Assembly (NCBI GenBank): GCA_947627155.1 | Contig: CANQUX010000006.1 | Span: 10,894-74,893, forward strand | Source: an uncultured Alphaproteobacteria bacterium | Lineage (GTDB): Bacteria > Pseudomonadota > Alphaproteobacteria > CAAHEQ01 > UBA3637 | DNA length: 64,000 nucleotides | Direction: 5' to 3' | Notes under the pieces: model-generated | What the model was told of the DNA's origin: nothing | Database searches by the model: none | Seen by the model: the letters and a program-made list of their open reading frames with translations, nothing else | Shown: one piece after another, positions 11,753 to 22,540 of the stretch | Layout: every line of letters begins with the position of its first letter | Numbering within the stretch: the first letter of the stretch is position 1 | Made by a program: the position numbers and the translations under genes

Positions 11753-13492
11753 TTATTTCTTTTTGGAAGAAATGCGCCCTGCTAACGGCCATTTTCCGCG
11801 AACCATTTGCTCCGCCGTTTTATTTTCTTGTCCCAACAGTGATTGATAAACCCAAAAGTTCGATAAAATCCGCTCAACAAAGGCGCGTGTTTCGCGCGAA
11901 GGAATACGCTCGATAAAAATAAGCGGATCGGCAGGATAATCCATTTTCTTCTTCCATTTAATCAAGTTGGCCGGCCCGGCATTATATGCCACAGCCATAT
12001 AAATAATGTTATTGTTAACGGCAGGCAAATCCAACAAATACTGCACATATTTTTGTCCTAATGCCAAATTATAGCTGATATCCTCCAGCTTGTTTTCACG
12101 CCACGGTAAATTGGCTCGACGAGCCATAATTTCCGCCGTTGCCGGCATAATTTGCATCACTCCGCGCGCCCCCATTACGCTTTTGGCCTGCGGATTAAAG
12201 CACGATTCTTGCCGAACAATGGCATAAATCAGCGCTTTACTGATTTGCCAACCGTTATCGGGCTTCCAATTCGGCAACGGATAACTGCTTTTATCAATCG
12301 GCGATTCTTTTCCGCTTTGTAACTTTTTATCCAATTGATACTCATGCGCTATGTTGAGCAATATTTTGCGATTACTGCTATTCGCATTTTGAAAAGCAAA
12401 AACCAATTCATCGACCGCCTCTTTTTCCCGGCCGATCTGACGTAATGCATAAAACCTGTTTACAGCCTCCTGCACCGTTTTATCCGGCGTTTTTTCCACG
12501 GCCGATACGCTCCACGCCGTGTTAATATCTAACCCCATCAGCTGTAATGCCAACATACCGTAAAATGTATCGGGATGTTGCGCCGCCGCTTCCAAATAGG
12601 GGCCGACACGCTCATATTTGCCGATTTTCAAATGCGTTCGCGCTGCCCAAAATGAGGCCGCCGCATGAATGATCGGATATGATTCTTTTTGTTGCGCCGC
12701 TTTTGAAAAATAAGTTGCCGCTTTTTGATAATTCTTTAACTGCCACTCAATCAATCCGCCGATATAATATGTAAGCGGTAAAGCGGAAGAATCCGAGCGC
12801 AACGCCGTTTGAATCTGCTCTTCGCCTAAGGCATATTCCCCGTCAAGAAAATAGGAAAATGCCAATGCGGTTCGCGCCAAAGCTCTGTCACCGGGAGATA
12901 TAACGGAACGAAAAACTTTTGAATCAATTTTGTTTTTAGCCGCCAATGTTTTGCCGTCCGCCAGCAATTTTCCCAAATCGGCAAACAAAACACGCGCCTG
13001 CTCTTTTGAGACACCGGACATTTCATTAAACGACCACCTCCGAATTAAATCCAATGCCTCATCACGCCGAATTGAATCGCATTTAACGGAGGAATCAACA
13101 TTTTTCGTACTCAAAGGCGGTAATTTGGCTTTTTTTCGCGTTCCTAATTTTCTCATGCGATCGGCAATCGGCAACGAACCGTATAATTGAAACCATTGCT
13201 CAATTTCCGCCGCTTCGGTTTGATATTTCGGCGAAAAATATTTATCGGCTAATATATACCCCGCCAACAAATTGTTATCTGTCTGCTTCACATAAGCATC
13301 GGCCTGCTTATAATCACCGATTCGATGCGCCGCAAGGGCTGCCTGATATAACCGAACATCGGCATGAGAAAGAATCTCTCCCGTTTTAGCGTGAGCAACG
13401 GATCCGCACACACACGTAAATGCAAAAAAAATTATTGCCGCGTATCGGAAACCAATTGTAAATCTGTAATATATTTGACTAAGGTTTTGCAT
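11753..13492 (-). CDS. Soluble lytic transglycosylase (SLT domain)
   Basis: AIVRQES, GARGVMQIMPATA, AYNAGP, ETRAFV motifs; start uncertain. Confidence 0.9.
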   Translation of the reverse strand: MQNLSQIYYRFTIGFRYAAIIFFAFTCVCGSVAHAKTGEILSHADVRLYQAALAAHRIGDYKQADAYVKQTDNNLLAGYILADKYFSPKYQTEAAEIEQWFQLYGSLPIADRMRKLGTRKKAKLPPLSTKNVDSSVKCDSIRRDEALDLIRRWSFNEMSGVSKEQARVLFADLGKLLADGKTLAAKNKIDSKVFRSVISPGDRALARTALAFSYFLDGEYALGEEQIQTALRSDSSALPLTYYIGGLIEWQLKNYQKAATYFSKAAQQKESYPIIHAAASFWAARTHLKIGKYERVGPYLEAAAQHPDTFYGMLALQLMGLDINTAWSVSAVEKTPDKTVQEAVNRFYALRQIGREKEAVDELVFAFQNANSSNRKILLNIAHEYQLDKKLQSGKESPIDKSSYPLPNWKPDNGWQISKALIYAIVRQESCFNPQAKSVMGARGVMQIMPATAEIMARRANLPWRENKLEDISYNLALGQKYVQYLLDLPAVNNNIIYMAVAYNAGPANLIKWKKKMDYPADPLIFIERIPSRETRAFVERILSNFWVYQSLLGQENKTAEQMVRGKWPLAGRISSKKK

Positions 13493-14112
13493 TTTTCTTC
13501 TGTCATTTCATCAGCCTGACAATTATTAATTGTCATGTCCGGAACTTTCGTCAGTGCCTGACATGCTTCCGTTGCCAAGTAAATTTTTTGTGTTTGAGAA
13601 TCCCCCGGCTTTATACCGGAAAATGCAACCGGCATCTTAATCGGCTCATAATTGATTGTAACACTTAAATCTTTTAAAGTCTTGCTTGTATTGTTTGTCA
13701 AACTCAAATAAGCCATACAAAATTGAAAACGGGCAACGGAAGGCTCAATAATTTGAACCGTATCGGGTGAAATGACAAAATAGCCCTTTCCGGCAACCGG
13801 TTTATCTTGATTATCTTTTTGTTCTGCCGTACCGGCGGCTAAATTTTCATTCAGCGATTCAATACCTGCTTCGGCCTTAATTTCTTCCAAACCACCTTGT
13901 TGAAAACGCTCCAAAGCTTCTTCTCGCGCATTTTGTCCTGTCTCGTTTGTATCATCAAACAAAGATTTGACTTCACCCGCCGGTACAACTTCTGCCGCTG
14001 CGGGTGCCTGATTCGGCGCCTTTTTGGCCAATTCCGGAAAAAGCGCATTTTCTTGTGCCATAGCACCGAAACTAATTCCCAATAAACTTACAAAACATAA
14101 AAACTTCATCAT
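13432..14112 (-). CDS. Hypothetical exported protein
   Basis: Signal peptide MMKFLCFVSLLGISFGAMA; GGAGG RBS. Confidence 0.7.
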   Translation of the reverse strand: MMKFLCFVSLLGISFGAMAQENALFPELAKKAPNQAPAAAEVVPAGEVKSLFDDTNETGQNAREEALERFQQGGLEEIKAEAGIESLNENLAAGTAEQKDNQDKPVAGKGYFVISPDTVQIIEPSVARFQFCMAYLSLTNNTSKTLKDLSVTINYEPIKMPVAFSGIKPGDSQTQKIYLATEACQALTKVPDMTINNCQADEMTEEKCKTLVKYITDLQLVSDTRQ

Positions 14113-14197
14113 TTTTTTAAAACCTCCCTTTACATCTGTAAAAATTTAGAGTAGAATGCCTGTCGGCATTTTTTTATTGTAGAGGAAATATTTTAAA

Positions 14198-15568
14198 ATG
14201 GCAACATTTTTTTTCTGTGGGGTCGGCGGAATTGGTATGAGCGCCATTGCTCTTTACCTGAAAAAGTCCGGAAATACGGTATTTGGCTCCGATCGTTCAT
14301 TCGATGCCGGTAAACATAACGCCGTCAAAGAATCTTTAATTCGGGCGGGTGTTACGCTTGTTTTGCAAGACGGAAAGCATGTTCCCGATTCGACTGATGT
14401 TTTTGTGGTATCCAGTGCCGTTGAAGAAAGTGTGCCCGATGTTAAAACCGCTCTTTTAAAAGGATTACATATTAAAAAACGAGCGGAAATTTTAGCGGAA
14501 ATCTTTAATCAAAAAACGGGCATTGCCGTCGGCGGCACTTCCGGAAAAACAACGGTAACCGCCATGATCGGGCATATTTTATCCGTAGAAAACAAACAAC
14601 CGACCATGATTAACGGCGGTATCAGTTTGAATACTTATAATCAGGAAAACGAATCAAATTTAATTTACGGCGAATCGGATTTATGTGTGATTGAAGCCGA
14701 CGAATCGGACGGTTCCATTCAATTTTATGAACCGACTGTTTCCGTTTTAACCAATATTTCTTTGGATCACAAACCGATTAATGAAACCACGCCGCTTTTT
14801 ATCAATTTTTTAAACAAAGCGAAAAGAGGCGCGGTATTGAATGCCGATTGTCCGTATTGTCAAAACCTTTCTTTGGCGCAACCGTTTGTTCGCACCTTTT
14901 CCGTATCCGGCAAGTCGGCTTCTTTAAGCGCTCGAAACGTTGTATTTGATTCGCACGCGATTCGTTTTGAATTAAACGGTGAAACATATATGCTGCCCTT
15001 TACCGGACGACATAATTTGGAAAATGCGTTAGCGGCAGCCGCCGCCTGTCAATATTTTGATATTCCCGCTTCCCGATCTTTCTTTGATTTGACAACTTTT
15101 CAAGGAACAAAGCGACGGTTACAACGAATCGGCATTGAAAAAGGCATTGCCGTTATTGACGATTATGCTCATAATCCCGAAAAAATCAAAGCCTCGCTGG
15201 AAGCACTGCAACTGCATGCCGGTCGGTTATTTTGCGTGTTTCAACCGCACGGATTTGCACCGCTGCGATTGATGAAGGAAGAATTGATACAAACGCTTTT
15301 GAATCAATTAAATGATAAAACCGTTTGGATCATGAGTGATGTTTATTATGCCGGCGGCACAACCGTAAAAGATATTTCCTCAAATGACATTATCGTACCG
15401 CTTCAACAAGCGGGAAAACAAGCTTTCTATTTAAAACGAGAGACTGTTCCCGGTTGGTTATCCGCGCATGTTCAATCAGGTGATGTCATTGCCGTTATGG
15501 GCGCAAGAGATGATACTTTAACATTATTGGCACAAAATATTTTAACAACGATAAAGGAGAAAAAATGA
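14198..15568 (+). CDS. MurC/Mpl-family Mur ligase
   Basis: GVGGIGMSAIA, GTSGKTTVT, EADESD, DDYAHNP, FQPHG; adjacent LD-carboxypeptidase suggests a recycling (Mpl-like) role. Confidence 0.85.
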   Translation: MATFFFCGVGGIGMSAIALYLKKSGNTVFGSDRSFDAGKHNAVKESLIRAGVTLVLQDGKHVPDSTDVFVVSSAVEESVPDVKTALLKGLHIKKRAEILAEIFNQKTGIAVGGTSGKTTVTAMIGHILSVENKQPTMINGGISLNTYNQENESNLIYGESDLCVIEADESDGSIQFYEPTVSVLTNISLDHKPINETTPLFINFLNKAKRGAVLNADCPYCQNLSLAQPFVRTFSVSGKSASLSARNVVFDSHAIRFELNGETYMLPFTGRHNLENALAAAAACQYFDIPASRSFFDLTTFQGTKRRLQRIGIEKGIAVIDDYAHNPEKIKASLEALQLHAGRLFCVFQPHGFAPLRLMKEELIQTLLNQLNDKTVWIMSDVYYAGGTTVKDISSNDIIVPLQQAGKQAFYLKRETVPGWLSAHVQSGDVIAVMGARDDTLTLLAQNILTTIKEKK

Positions 15569-16443
15569 AACAAATTACCATTGTCGCGCCGGCTTCACCG
15601 GTAACGGAAAATCCCGAAACGGAAAAAGAATTGATCACTGATTTTTTTGAATCGGAAGGATTTAAGGTTCAATTTTCTCCGCATTGTTTTGACAGCGAGC
15701 GTTTTTTGGCAGGCGTTGATGCCGATCGTGCCAAAGATTTAAACGAAGCGTTTGCCGATTCGAAAACCGATATTATTATGGCTCTGCGCGGCGGCTACGG
15801 CTCACCGCGCTTATTGGATAAACTGGATTATAAAACCATTGCCCAAAATCCGAAACCGTTTTTCGGATTCAGTGATTTAACCGCCATTCAGTTAGCGTTA
15901 TGGCAAAGATGTCAACTCATCAGCTATACGGGCTTTAACGCCAACTTTGCGACAAAGGCGCAAAAAGGGCGTTTAAAAGATTCTTTGTTTGCGGCATTGG
16001 CGGAAAAACCGGTATCGGTGAAAAATTTAAAAGCACTTGTTCCCGGAACGGCGCATGCTCCCGTTGTGGGCGGAACGTTAACTTTACTCTGCGGCTTGGT
16101 CGGCACGCCTTATATGCCGAACTTAAACGGCGTTATTCTGGTGTTGGAGGAAGTGCATGAAGAACCCTATCGGTTAGACAGAATGCTTAATCAACTGCGT
16201 CTTTCGGGCGCACTCTCTCAATTGGAGGGCGTTATTTTGGCGGGCTGCGAAGATTGTCAACCCAAAGATCCGGCCGACGGTACGGCAGAACAGGTGATGA
16301 AAGAATATTTCGGACACAAAAAAATTCCGGTTGTCACAAACTTCCCTTACGGACACACGCCCGATCATATCGTGTTCCCCATCGGACAAACGGCGCGCTT
16401 GGACGCCAATGCCGGAACGCTTGTTTTTGATGAGTTAAAATAA
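15565..16443 (+). CDS. ldcA: LD-carboxypeptidase (S66)
   Basis: RGGYGS, GFSDLT, LEEVHE, GHT catalytic motifs. Confidence 0.88.
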   Translation: MKQITIVAPASPVTENPETEKELITDFFESEGFKVQFSPHCFDSERFLAGVDADRAKDLNEAFADSKTDIIMALRGGYGSPRLLDKLDYKTIAQNPKPFFGFSDLTAIQLALWQRCQLISYTGFNANFATKAQKGRLKDSLFAALAEKPVSVKNLKALVPGTAHAPVVGGTLTLLCGLVGTPYMPNLNGVILVLEEVHEEPYRLDRMLNQLRLSGALSQLEGVILAGCEDCQPKDPADGTAEQVMKEYFGHKKIPVVTNFPYGHTPDHIVFPIGQTARLDANAGTLVFDELK

Positions 16444-16453
16444 AGGATATATC

Positions 16454-18721
16454 ATGCAAACGGAACTGCTTTCACCCGCCGGCAGTTTAGAGGCCGCCTA
16501 TGCCGCTTTTTATTACGGCGCCGATGCCGTTTATTTGGGTTTACGCGCCTTTTCGGCACGGGCAGACGCCGTGAATTTTTCTCCCGAAGAGTTAGATGAA
16601 ATAACCGCTTATGCGCATACGCACAATAAAAAAGTTTATGTGGCTTTAAACACGTTATTGCAGGAAAATGAGCTTCCGTTGCTGATGAAGCAGCTGGATA
16701 TTTGCGCAAAATGCAACGTCGATGCACTCATTGTGCAAGATTTGGGCGTGGCGCGGGTGATTCGGCATTCTTATCCGCAACTGGCTTTACACGCCAGCAC
16801 ACAAATGGCGGTTCATCATTTAAGCGGCGCATCAGCTTTAAAAAAACGCGGCTTTTCCCGCGTGGTTTTGGCGCGTGAGCTCACTTTAAACGAAATCAAT
16901 GAAATAAAAACCAAATCCGGCTTGGAAATTGAAGTTTTCATTCACGGCGCGCTGTGTTATTCATACAGCGGTCTGTGCGCTTTTTCATCGTTAACAACGG
17001 GACGCAGTGCCAATCGGGGCAAATGCGTTTATGCCTGTCGCGGGCTTTATCGGCAGGGAACGGAAAAGAAGCATTTGTTTTCCATGAAAGATTTGGCGTT
17101 GGAAAATCAAGTTTGTCATTTAAAGGGCTTATCGCTTAAAATTGAAGGGCGAAAGAAAAACGCGCTCTATGTGGCGGCCGTAACCGATTATTATCGGCGG
17201 ATTTTGGATACCGGCAAAGCCGATGCGCGATTATCCGATAATTTAAAGCAAATTTTCGCGCGTCCGTGGACAAAATTACATTTTAACGGTAAAAACAAAA
17301 ACGTGATTGATTCCGAATTTATTTCTCACCGCGGCTTAAAAATCGGCGAAGCATTGGGCGTGATTGACGGAAAGCTTTTGTTCTGTCCCACGAAAACCGT
17401 TGAACGATATGACGGCATTCAATTGGATTTGCCGGGGTTTGAAAAACCGTTCGGCTTTTCGGCGGAAAGTCTTTTTGCGGGGCATAAATCGGTGTTTCAA
17501 ATTGCGGCCGGCCAAAAAGCAAGCGTGCTTTTGCCGCCCAAAACACCGCATATTCCCAAAGGAACGGCCGTTTATTTAGCCTCTTCATCGCGTGTGAAAA
17601 GCGCCTACCCTTACGACAAGCCCAAAAGCGGTCTTTATAAAAACCGAACGCCGATAACGGTTGATGTTTATTTGGATAAAACAGGCATTTCAGCCATCAG
17701 CGGTGAAACAGGCGTTACGGAATCGGTCGCGTTAAGCACGGCGCAAAATGCGGAAAAAACAACCGGTGCCGTCAAATCGGCGTTTCAAAAAACGCATGAG
17801 ACGGCTTTTTTTGTTCAAACACTCAATATTCACAATCCCGCGGCTTTATTTGCCCCTGCTTCGCTTTTAAATCAGATTCGGCGAAAGCTTTTTGAAAAAT
17901 TAAGTGCGGAAAACAAGGCCGTTTCTTTGCCTTTACCGCCGGTGCATTTGAAAAAAAGCCCGTTTGTTGAAACAAAGAAAATTTTAAAAACCGATGATGT
18001 AACTCTTTTAAAAGAGCTTGATTTAACACCGTTTTTTGAAGTTATTATTGTGATAAACAAAAATTCAAGCCCTGCGGATTTTGCCTTTTTACCGTCGGAA
18101 AAGGTGCGTCTTGCCCTTCCCGTCATCAATCGCAACGAAACGTTAAAGCCCGTTATTTCAAAATTGATTGAAGCCGGCTTTTCAAAATGGCAGGTCGGCA
18201 ATATCGGCGGTTTCGGCTTATTACCTGCGGGACTTGACATTTCAACCGATGACACACTGCCCGTTTTAAACACGCAAAGTCTGGCCGAATTGTTTGAAAT
18301 CGGCGCAACGCGTGTGGCATTCAGCGTGGAAGACACCAAAGAAAATATTTCAAAACTTTTAAACAGCGACAGTCGAACGGAACTGGTTATTTATCAAGAC
18401 ACGCCGCTTTTCATTTCTGCCGATTGCATTCGGGAAAATGAGTGTGCCGTTTGCACGCGCGCTCGTCAAGAGTGGGAAATAGCCGATGTGAAAAACAACA
18501 AATATAAAGTGATTTCCGAAAACTGTTTAACAACCGTTTTGAAAAACGAACCGTATTACATCGGGCATTTGTTGAACGGGTTAAACGTGCCTTTCATACG
18601 CATTGATTTTTGTCATCGTCACTACTCGTCGGCCGAAGTGCGCGCGCTTTTAAAAACAGTGTTATCAGGCGGTAAATTAAAGCGTTTTTATAGTGGAAAC
18701 TTTGATAGAAGTTTTGCTTAA
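16454..18721 (+). CDS. U32-family protein, RlhA-like RNA hydroxylase
   Basis: ELLSPAGS, GADAVYLG, HASTQ, HGALCYSYSGLC, SANRGKC, LKIEGR; long C-terminal extension. Confidence 0.85.
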   Translation: MQTELLSPAGSLEAAYAAFYYGADAVYLGLRAFSARADAVNFSPEELDEITAYAHTHNKKVYVALNTLLQENELPLLMKQLDICAKCNVDALIVQDLGVARVIRHSYPQLALHASTQMAVHHLSGASALKKRGFSRVVLARELTLNEINEIKTKSGLEIEVFIHGALCYSYSGLCAFSSLTTGRSANRGKCVYACRGLYRQGTEKKHLFSMKDLALENQVCHLKGLSLKIEGRKKNALYVAAVTDYYRRILDTGKADARLSDNLKQIFARPWTKLHFNGKNKNVIDSEFISHRGLKIGEALGVIDGKLLFCPTKTVERYDGIQLDLPGFEKPFGFSAESLFAGHKSVFQIAAGQKASVLLPPKTPHIPKGTAVYLASSSRVKSAYPYDKPKSGLYKNRTPITVDVYLDKTGISAISGETGVTESVALSTAQNAEKTTGAVKSAFQKTHETAFFVQTLNIHNPAALFAPASLLNQIRRKLFEKLSAENKAVSLPLPPVHLKKSPFVETKKILKTDDVTLLKELDLTPFFEVIIVINKNSSPADFAFLPSEKVRLALPVINRNETLKPVISKLIEAGFSKWQVGNIGGFGLLPAGLDISTDDTLPVLNTQSLAELFEIGATRVAFSVEDTKENISKLLNSDSRTELVIYQDTPLFISADCIRENECAVCTRARQEWEIADVKNNKYKVISENCLTTVLKNEPYYIGHLLNGLNVPFIRIDFCHRHYSSAEVRALLKTVLSGGKLKRFYSGNFDRSFA

Positions 18722-18981
18722 AGAGTGTGTTATAACTCATTAAGAAATAAAAATATTTAATCAATATTTTTTGTGAAATTTTTGCGGTTCGTTTTTATTT
18801 TATTAAAGCTTTCCTTGAAGAAGCTGTTTTAGGGGCTGATACCTTATTTCGAAGATAAAAATTTTCTCTTTTTAAAGGCGTTATTCTTTTTCATTGCCAA
18901 ATGAAAAATAATTTTGTATGATACCAAAATAAGTATTATTTCAATTTGAGAAAATGCGCTTATTACGAGTAAAAAATTAAT

Positions 18982-20430
18982 ATGAAATATATTTTTGTTT
19001 TCTTTTTAAGTTTCTTTTTGTTCGGGGAAAGTTTTGCCGATTCCCTTCAAACAATTTCAAATCAAGCAATCAGGCAAGATGTGCGCATAGCTCATTCCAT
19101 CGGCAAAAAAGAGGTTCGGAAAAATCCGCAAAAGAAAACACCCTCCGAACATGAACGACTTCAAAAATGCCTTTCCGAAAATGCTTTTTTAAAGGCTGTT
19201 TATCAAGATAATTTTCAACAAGTGCGCTTTTTCATTCAAAACGGTGCACTGTTAAATCAGCAAAGCATTTATTTTCATCGCACGCCCCTCTTCTTTGCGC
19301 AAACGGCCCGAACGGCACGCCTGCTCATTGAGGCCGGCGCCGATATTTTTGCCGTTGATCAAAAAGGGCTGACCGTTTTATCGGCTGCCGTTCAAAACAA
19401 CAATCCGTATTTGGTTGAGTTTTTCATTGAGGCGGGCGCACAAGTCAACAAACGCACGGTTCAAACAAATCAAACGCCTTTGTTTTATGCCCGAACGCCC
19501 GATATAGCGCGCCTGCTCCTTCAAGCCGATGCCGAAATTGATATAACCGACGGCAAAGGCTTTACGCCGTTAATGAACGCCGTTGCAACAAATCGGGCAG
19601 CGGTGGTGCAATTTCTGATTCAAAAGGGTGCCGACGTCAACAAGCGTGTTTTTAAAACACTTCAAACGCCGCTCTTTTTTGCGCAAACGTCCGAAACGGC
19701 GCGGTTGCTCATTCAGGCAGGTGCTGATGTGAATGCCAAAGATATTAACGGTTTTACGCCGCTTATGAATGCCGTAAAGGCAAACAATTTATATTTAACG
19801 GAATTTTTGATTGAATCGGGCGCCGATGTGCAAGCGCGCACTTTTCAAAAGCTTCAAACGCCGCTTTTCTATGCCCGAACGCCCGAAGCAGCCCGTTTGC
19901 TTCTCAAAGCCGGTGCCGATGTCAATGCGGCGGACAAACAAGGCTATACCCCTTTAATGAAAGCCGTTCAAAAACAAAAAATCAAGCTGATTAAATTTTT
20001 AATTGCCAACGGCGCGAATGTTCATCAATCGGCGGGAAAAGCGGCTTTACATAAGCTGTTGCCTCAAATGGTAAAAGGCATTTTCAAAGTTTTAATCGGT
20101 TTCAACGATGAGCTGAAAGATATTGTTTCAACGGCTGCACACTTAAAAAAATTATGGGATAAAAAAAATGCCGTTACCGATTATTACAATAAAATGCCGA
20201 ATGCCGAAGAAACAAGCTTTTCGCAGCTGGCAACAGATGTTTATAACGGCACCGTTGATACGGTGAACGGTTATATCAACACGGCAGAACATTTATTTGA
20301 TGAGGAAACGGTTATGCATTTGGCCCCCACAAAAGAAATAGAACGCCTTATTCAAGAATCGGAAGAACTGGCGCAAGAAAACAAGGAAACCGCTTCTCAT
20401 CAAAGCCCTGATACACAAACGCATCGTTAA
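18982..20430 (+). CDS. Exported ankyrin-repeat protein
   Basis: Alternating QTPLF[FY]A / GFTPLMNAV ankyrin units; signal peptide. Confidence 0.85.
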   Translation: MKYIFVFFLSFFLFGESFADSLQTISNQAIRQDVRIAHSIGKKEVRKNPQKKTPSEHERLQKCLSENAFLKAVYQDNFQQVRFFIQNGALLNQQSIYFHRTPLFFAQTARTARLLIEAGADIFAVDQKGLTVLSAAVQNNNPYLVEFFIEAGAQVNKRTVQTNQTPLFYARTPDIARLLLQADAEIDITDGKGFTPLMNAVATNRAAVVQFLIQKGADVNKRVFKTLQTPLFFAQTSETARLLIQAGADVNAKDINGFTPLMNAVKANNLYLTEFLIESGADVQARTFQKLQTPLFYARTPEAARLLLKAGADVNAADKQGYTPLMKAVQKQKIKLIKFLIANGANVHQSAGKAALHKLLPQMVKGIFKVLIGFNDELKDIVSTAAHLKKLWDKKNAVTDYYNKMPNAEETSFSQLATDVYNGTVDTVNGYINTAEHLFDEETVMHLAPTKEIERLIQESEELAQENKETASHQSPDTQTHR

Positions 20431-20433
20431 GCT

Positions 20434-21558
20434 TTACTCTTTCAAAACGCCCCACACCGTTGCATGGTTTACTAAACCGGTAATCACGCTATATACAACC
20501 AATGTTCCGGTATGTCCGGCTTCCAAATCACCGATTTCTGTTCTGTCTCTCGGCTGCGTTGAATCACATTTAACACCGCCTTCCGGCAAACAGGATATTT
20601 TAGCCGCATATCCGTCGGGAGGCGGACAAGACTTCGCCATATCCGATTGTGCATCTTTATAAAACACCAGCCAATCATCAATATGCCCTTTCATATATAA
20701 CGTATATGTGTGCTCATAAGGGCCGAATTTAGGATTTGCATTTCTGATAATACATTGGAATTTTTCTTCACTCACTTCAAAAAACTGCTCCGTATCAATG
20801 GAAATAATGCAAGCGTGCTCTTCATTACTGTATGTGCCGCCGTCCGGACAAGCCGTACATTGCTTTGCCGATTGATCACAATAAGGTGCCGTGTCTTTTT
20901 GTTGACATTGACTGCTTTGTGCGCAAACACAGCGATTTTCTTCACAAACGCTCCCGTTCGGATTATCCGCACAATCGGCGCTTGTTTTACACCAATTTTC
21001 GGGATCATTGTTTTCGTGAACTTCTTCCGCATCAAACTGAATATAAATTTCATTATTTTCATCACTCGAACATAAATCTTTTCCCTTATAAGGAAACTCA
21101 TTGATTTCCATATACATTAAATCGTTCATGGCACCGACAAGCGTTGTAAGCGGCTTACAAACCCCTTTCGATATGTTTGCAACAACAATATAATAAGCAT
21201 CTGTTTCGCGACAATCATCAAATGCGGCACCGTCTTTGCGCATACAATCATAATCAACGGGATAACGATTATATTGTGTTGATAAATACCCGCTGTATTC
21301 ACCGTCCGGCGTCTCATCATAAGGGTCTCCCAATATCAATTCTTCGTTTCCGAGTGCGTATTTTACCTTTAAATCGTTACGCATTAAGTTAATTTCATTT
21401 GCTATTTGGTCGGCCTGATAATAATTCATTGCCAATTTATAGCCCACAATCCCGCCGATAGACAGAATAGCAATAATAGCCAGCACGCCCAGCATTTCAA
21501 TCATTGAACGCCCGCTTTGTGATTGATTTTGAATTTGTTTTTTTGATTTTCTTGTCAT
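20434..21558 (-). CDS. Long type IV pilin-like protein with Cys-rich stalk
   Basis: G|RSMIEMLGVLAIIAILSIGG prepilin motif; many Cys; start moved to MTRKSKK (21558) after GAAAGGGAG. Confidence 0.8.
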   Translation of the reverse strand: MTRKSKKQIQNQSQSGRSMIEMLGVLAIIAILSIGGIVGYKLAMNYYQADQIANEINLMRNDLKVKYALGNEELILGDPYDETPDGEYSGYLSTQYNRYPVDYDCMRKDGAAFDDCRETDAYYIVVANISKGVCKPLTTLVGAMNDLMYMEINEFPYKGKDLCSSDENNEIYIQFDAEEVHENNDPENWCKTSADCADNPNGSVCEENRCVCAQSSQCQQKDTAPYCDQSAKQCTACPDGGTYSNEEHACIISIDTEQFFEVSEEKFQCIIRNANPKFGPYEHTYTLYMKGHIDDWLVFYKDAQSDMAKSCPPPDGYAAKISCLPEGGVKCDSTQPRDRTEIGDLEAGHTGTLVVYSVITGLVNHATVWGVLKE

Positions 21559-21596
21559 TTTTCGACTCCCTTTCATTATACGAATAGTATACAATT

Positions 21597-21753
21597 AAAC
21601 GTACCTTTAATGCAACGCGGTTTCAGGGGCAAAATTACCCTTAAAAAGTGTTGAAACAGGCTTTTTATAACCTATTGATATTGCATTAAATTTACCTCAA
21701 AATAAAATTTTTTTGAAAAAATGCAAAAAAAGTGTTGCAAAAAACGTACGTTT
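21597..21753. promoter_or_regulatory. Invertible promoter cassette 1 (B arm gene-proximal, predicted OFF/low)
   Basis: AAACGTACCTTTAATGCAAC 21597-21616 and GTTGCAAAAAACGTACGTTT 21734-21753; TATACT just outside on the - strand. Confidence 0.8.
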
Positions 21754-21883
21754 TTGCAACGCCATATTTTATTGATATTTCAATAACTTAATAAATGATT
21801 TTTCTTGTTATTTAAGAGATGTTTCAAACTTTATAATATATTGATTTTATTGTTTTTTATAAAAATGCATTCTGCAACCTAAA

Positions 21884-21962
21884 AAACAACAGGCAGGGCG
21901 GAAACTCAAGAAAAACCGCCCTGCCCGCCGTTCTTTGCCTTAAAAAGACACACTTTTTAAAG
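21884..21962 (-). terminator. Conserved pilin 3' double hairpin and intrinsic terminator
   Basis: AACGGCGGGCAGGGCGG...CCGCCCTGCCTGTTGTT followed by a T-run; homologous copies after pilins 36933 and 37794. Confidence 0.75.
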
Positions 21963-21973
21963 CGAATAACCCG

Positions 21974-22417
21974 TTAGCTTTGTTTGAATTCAACTCCGGT
22001 CATTTTTGTACCGCTGCTGCATCCGTCATTTTTACCCAAAATGCTGGCACCGGCTTTGCAAACGGCTTCTGTCGGGAAATCAATATCTAATTTTACAATA
22101 CCTTTTTTCAAATCCTCATCAGAAGAAGTGCTGTAAGTGATTGTAGCACCGCCCGGTGTTTTAGAAGTGCCGGAATTAACTAAACCGGAAGAGGCTAATG
22201 TGGGGGCTGTCCAATTATTGCCCATGGCACTCGCCGTTTGATAGCCGGAATAAACAACCACAGCAAATTTATTAGCCATATCCAAAGCTTCATTCGCGCG
22301 ATAGCGGTTCATAGCCATGGAATAGCCGGCAATACCGCCAATCGATAAAACGCCGATAATGGCTAAAACGCCCAGCATTTCAACCATTGACCGACCAGAT
22401 TCATTTGTTTTTTTCAT
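21974..22417 (-). CDS. Short type IV (major-type) pilin A
   Basis: MKKTNESG|RSMVEMLGVLAIIGVLSIGGIAGY; C-terminal Cys pair; 147 aa. Confidence 0.88.
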   Translation of the reverse strand: MKKTNESGRSMVEMLGVLAIIGVLSIGGIAGYSMAMNRYRANEALDMANKFAVVVYSGYQTASAMGNNWTAPTLASSGLVNSGTSKTPGGATITYSTSSDEDLKKGIVKLDIDFPTEAVCKAGASILGKNDGCSSGTKMTGVEFKQS

Positions 22418-22530
22418 TTTGTTTTCCTTTCATTTATGTTGTTTTTTAAGCTCCCCGAGCCAAAAAACGTTTATTTTTAAGGCGTTAATGCCTTGTTTTC
22501 CCTATCGAGAGAAATTTTCTCTCAACAAAT
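22418..22530 (-). promoter_or_regulatory. Conserved structured pilin 5' leader
   Basis: Near-identical to 36820-36932 and 37683-37793; three hairpins. Confidence 0.65.
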
Positions 22531-22540
22531 AGCATAAATT

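Noticed and set aside
20434-20560. Second DGR variable region in the other long pilin
   Set aside because: No run of C-ending codons, no lectin-like motif, and no GC run or hairpin after the stop.
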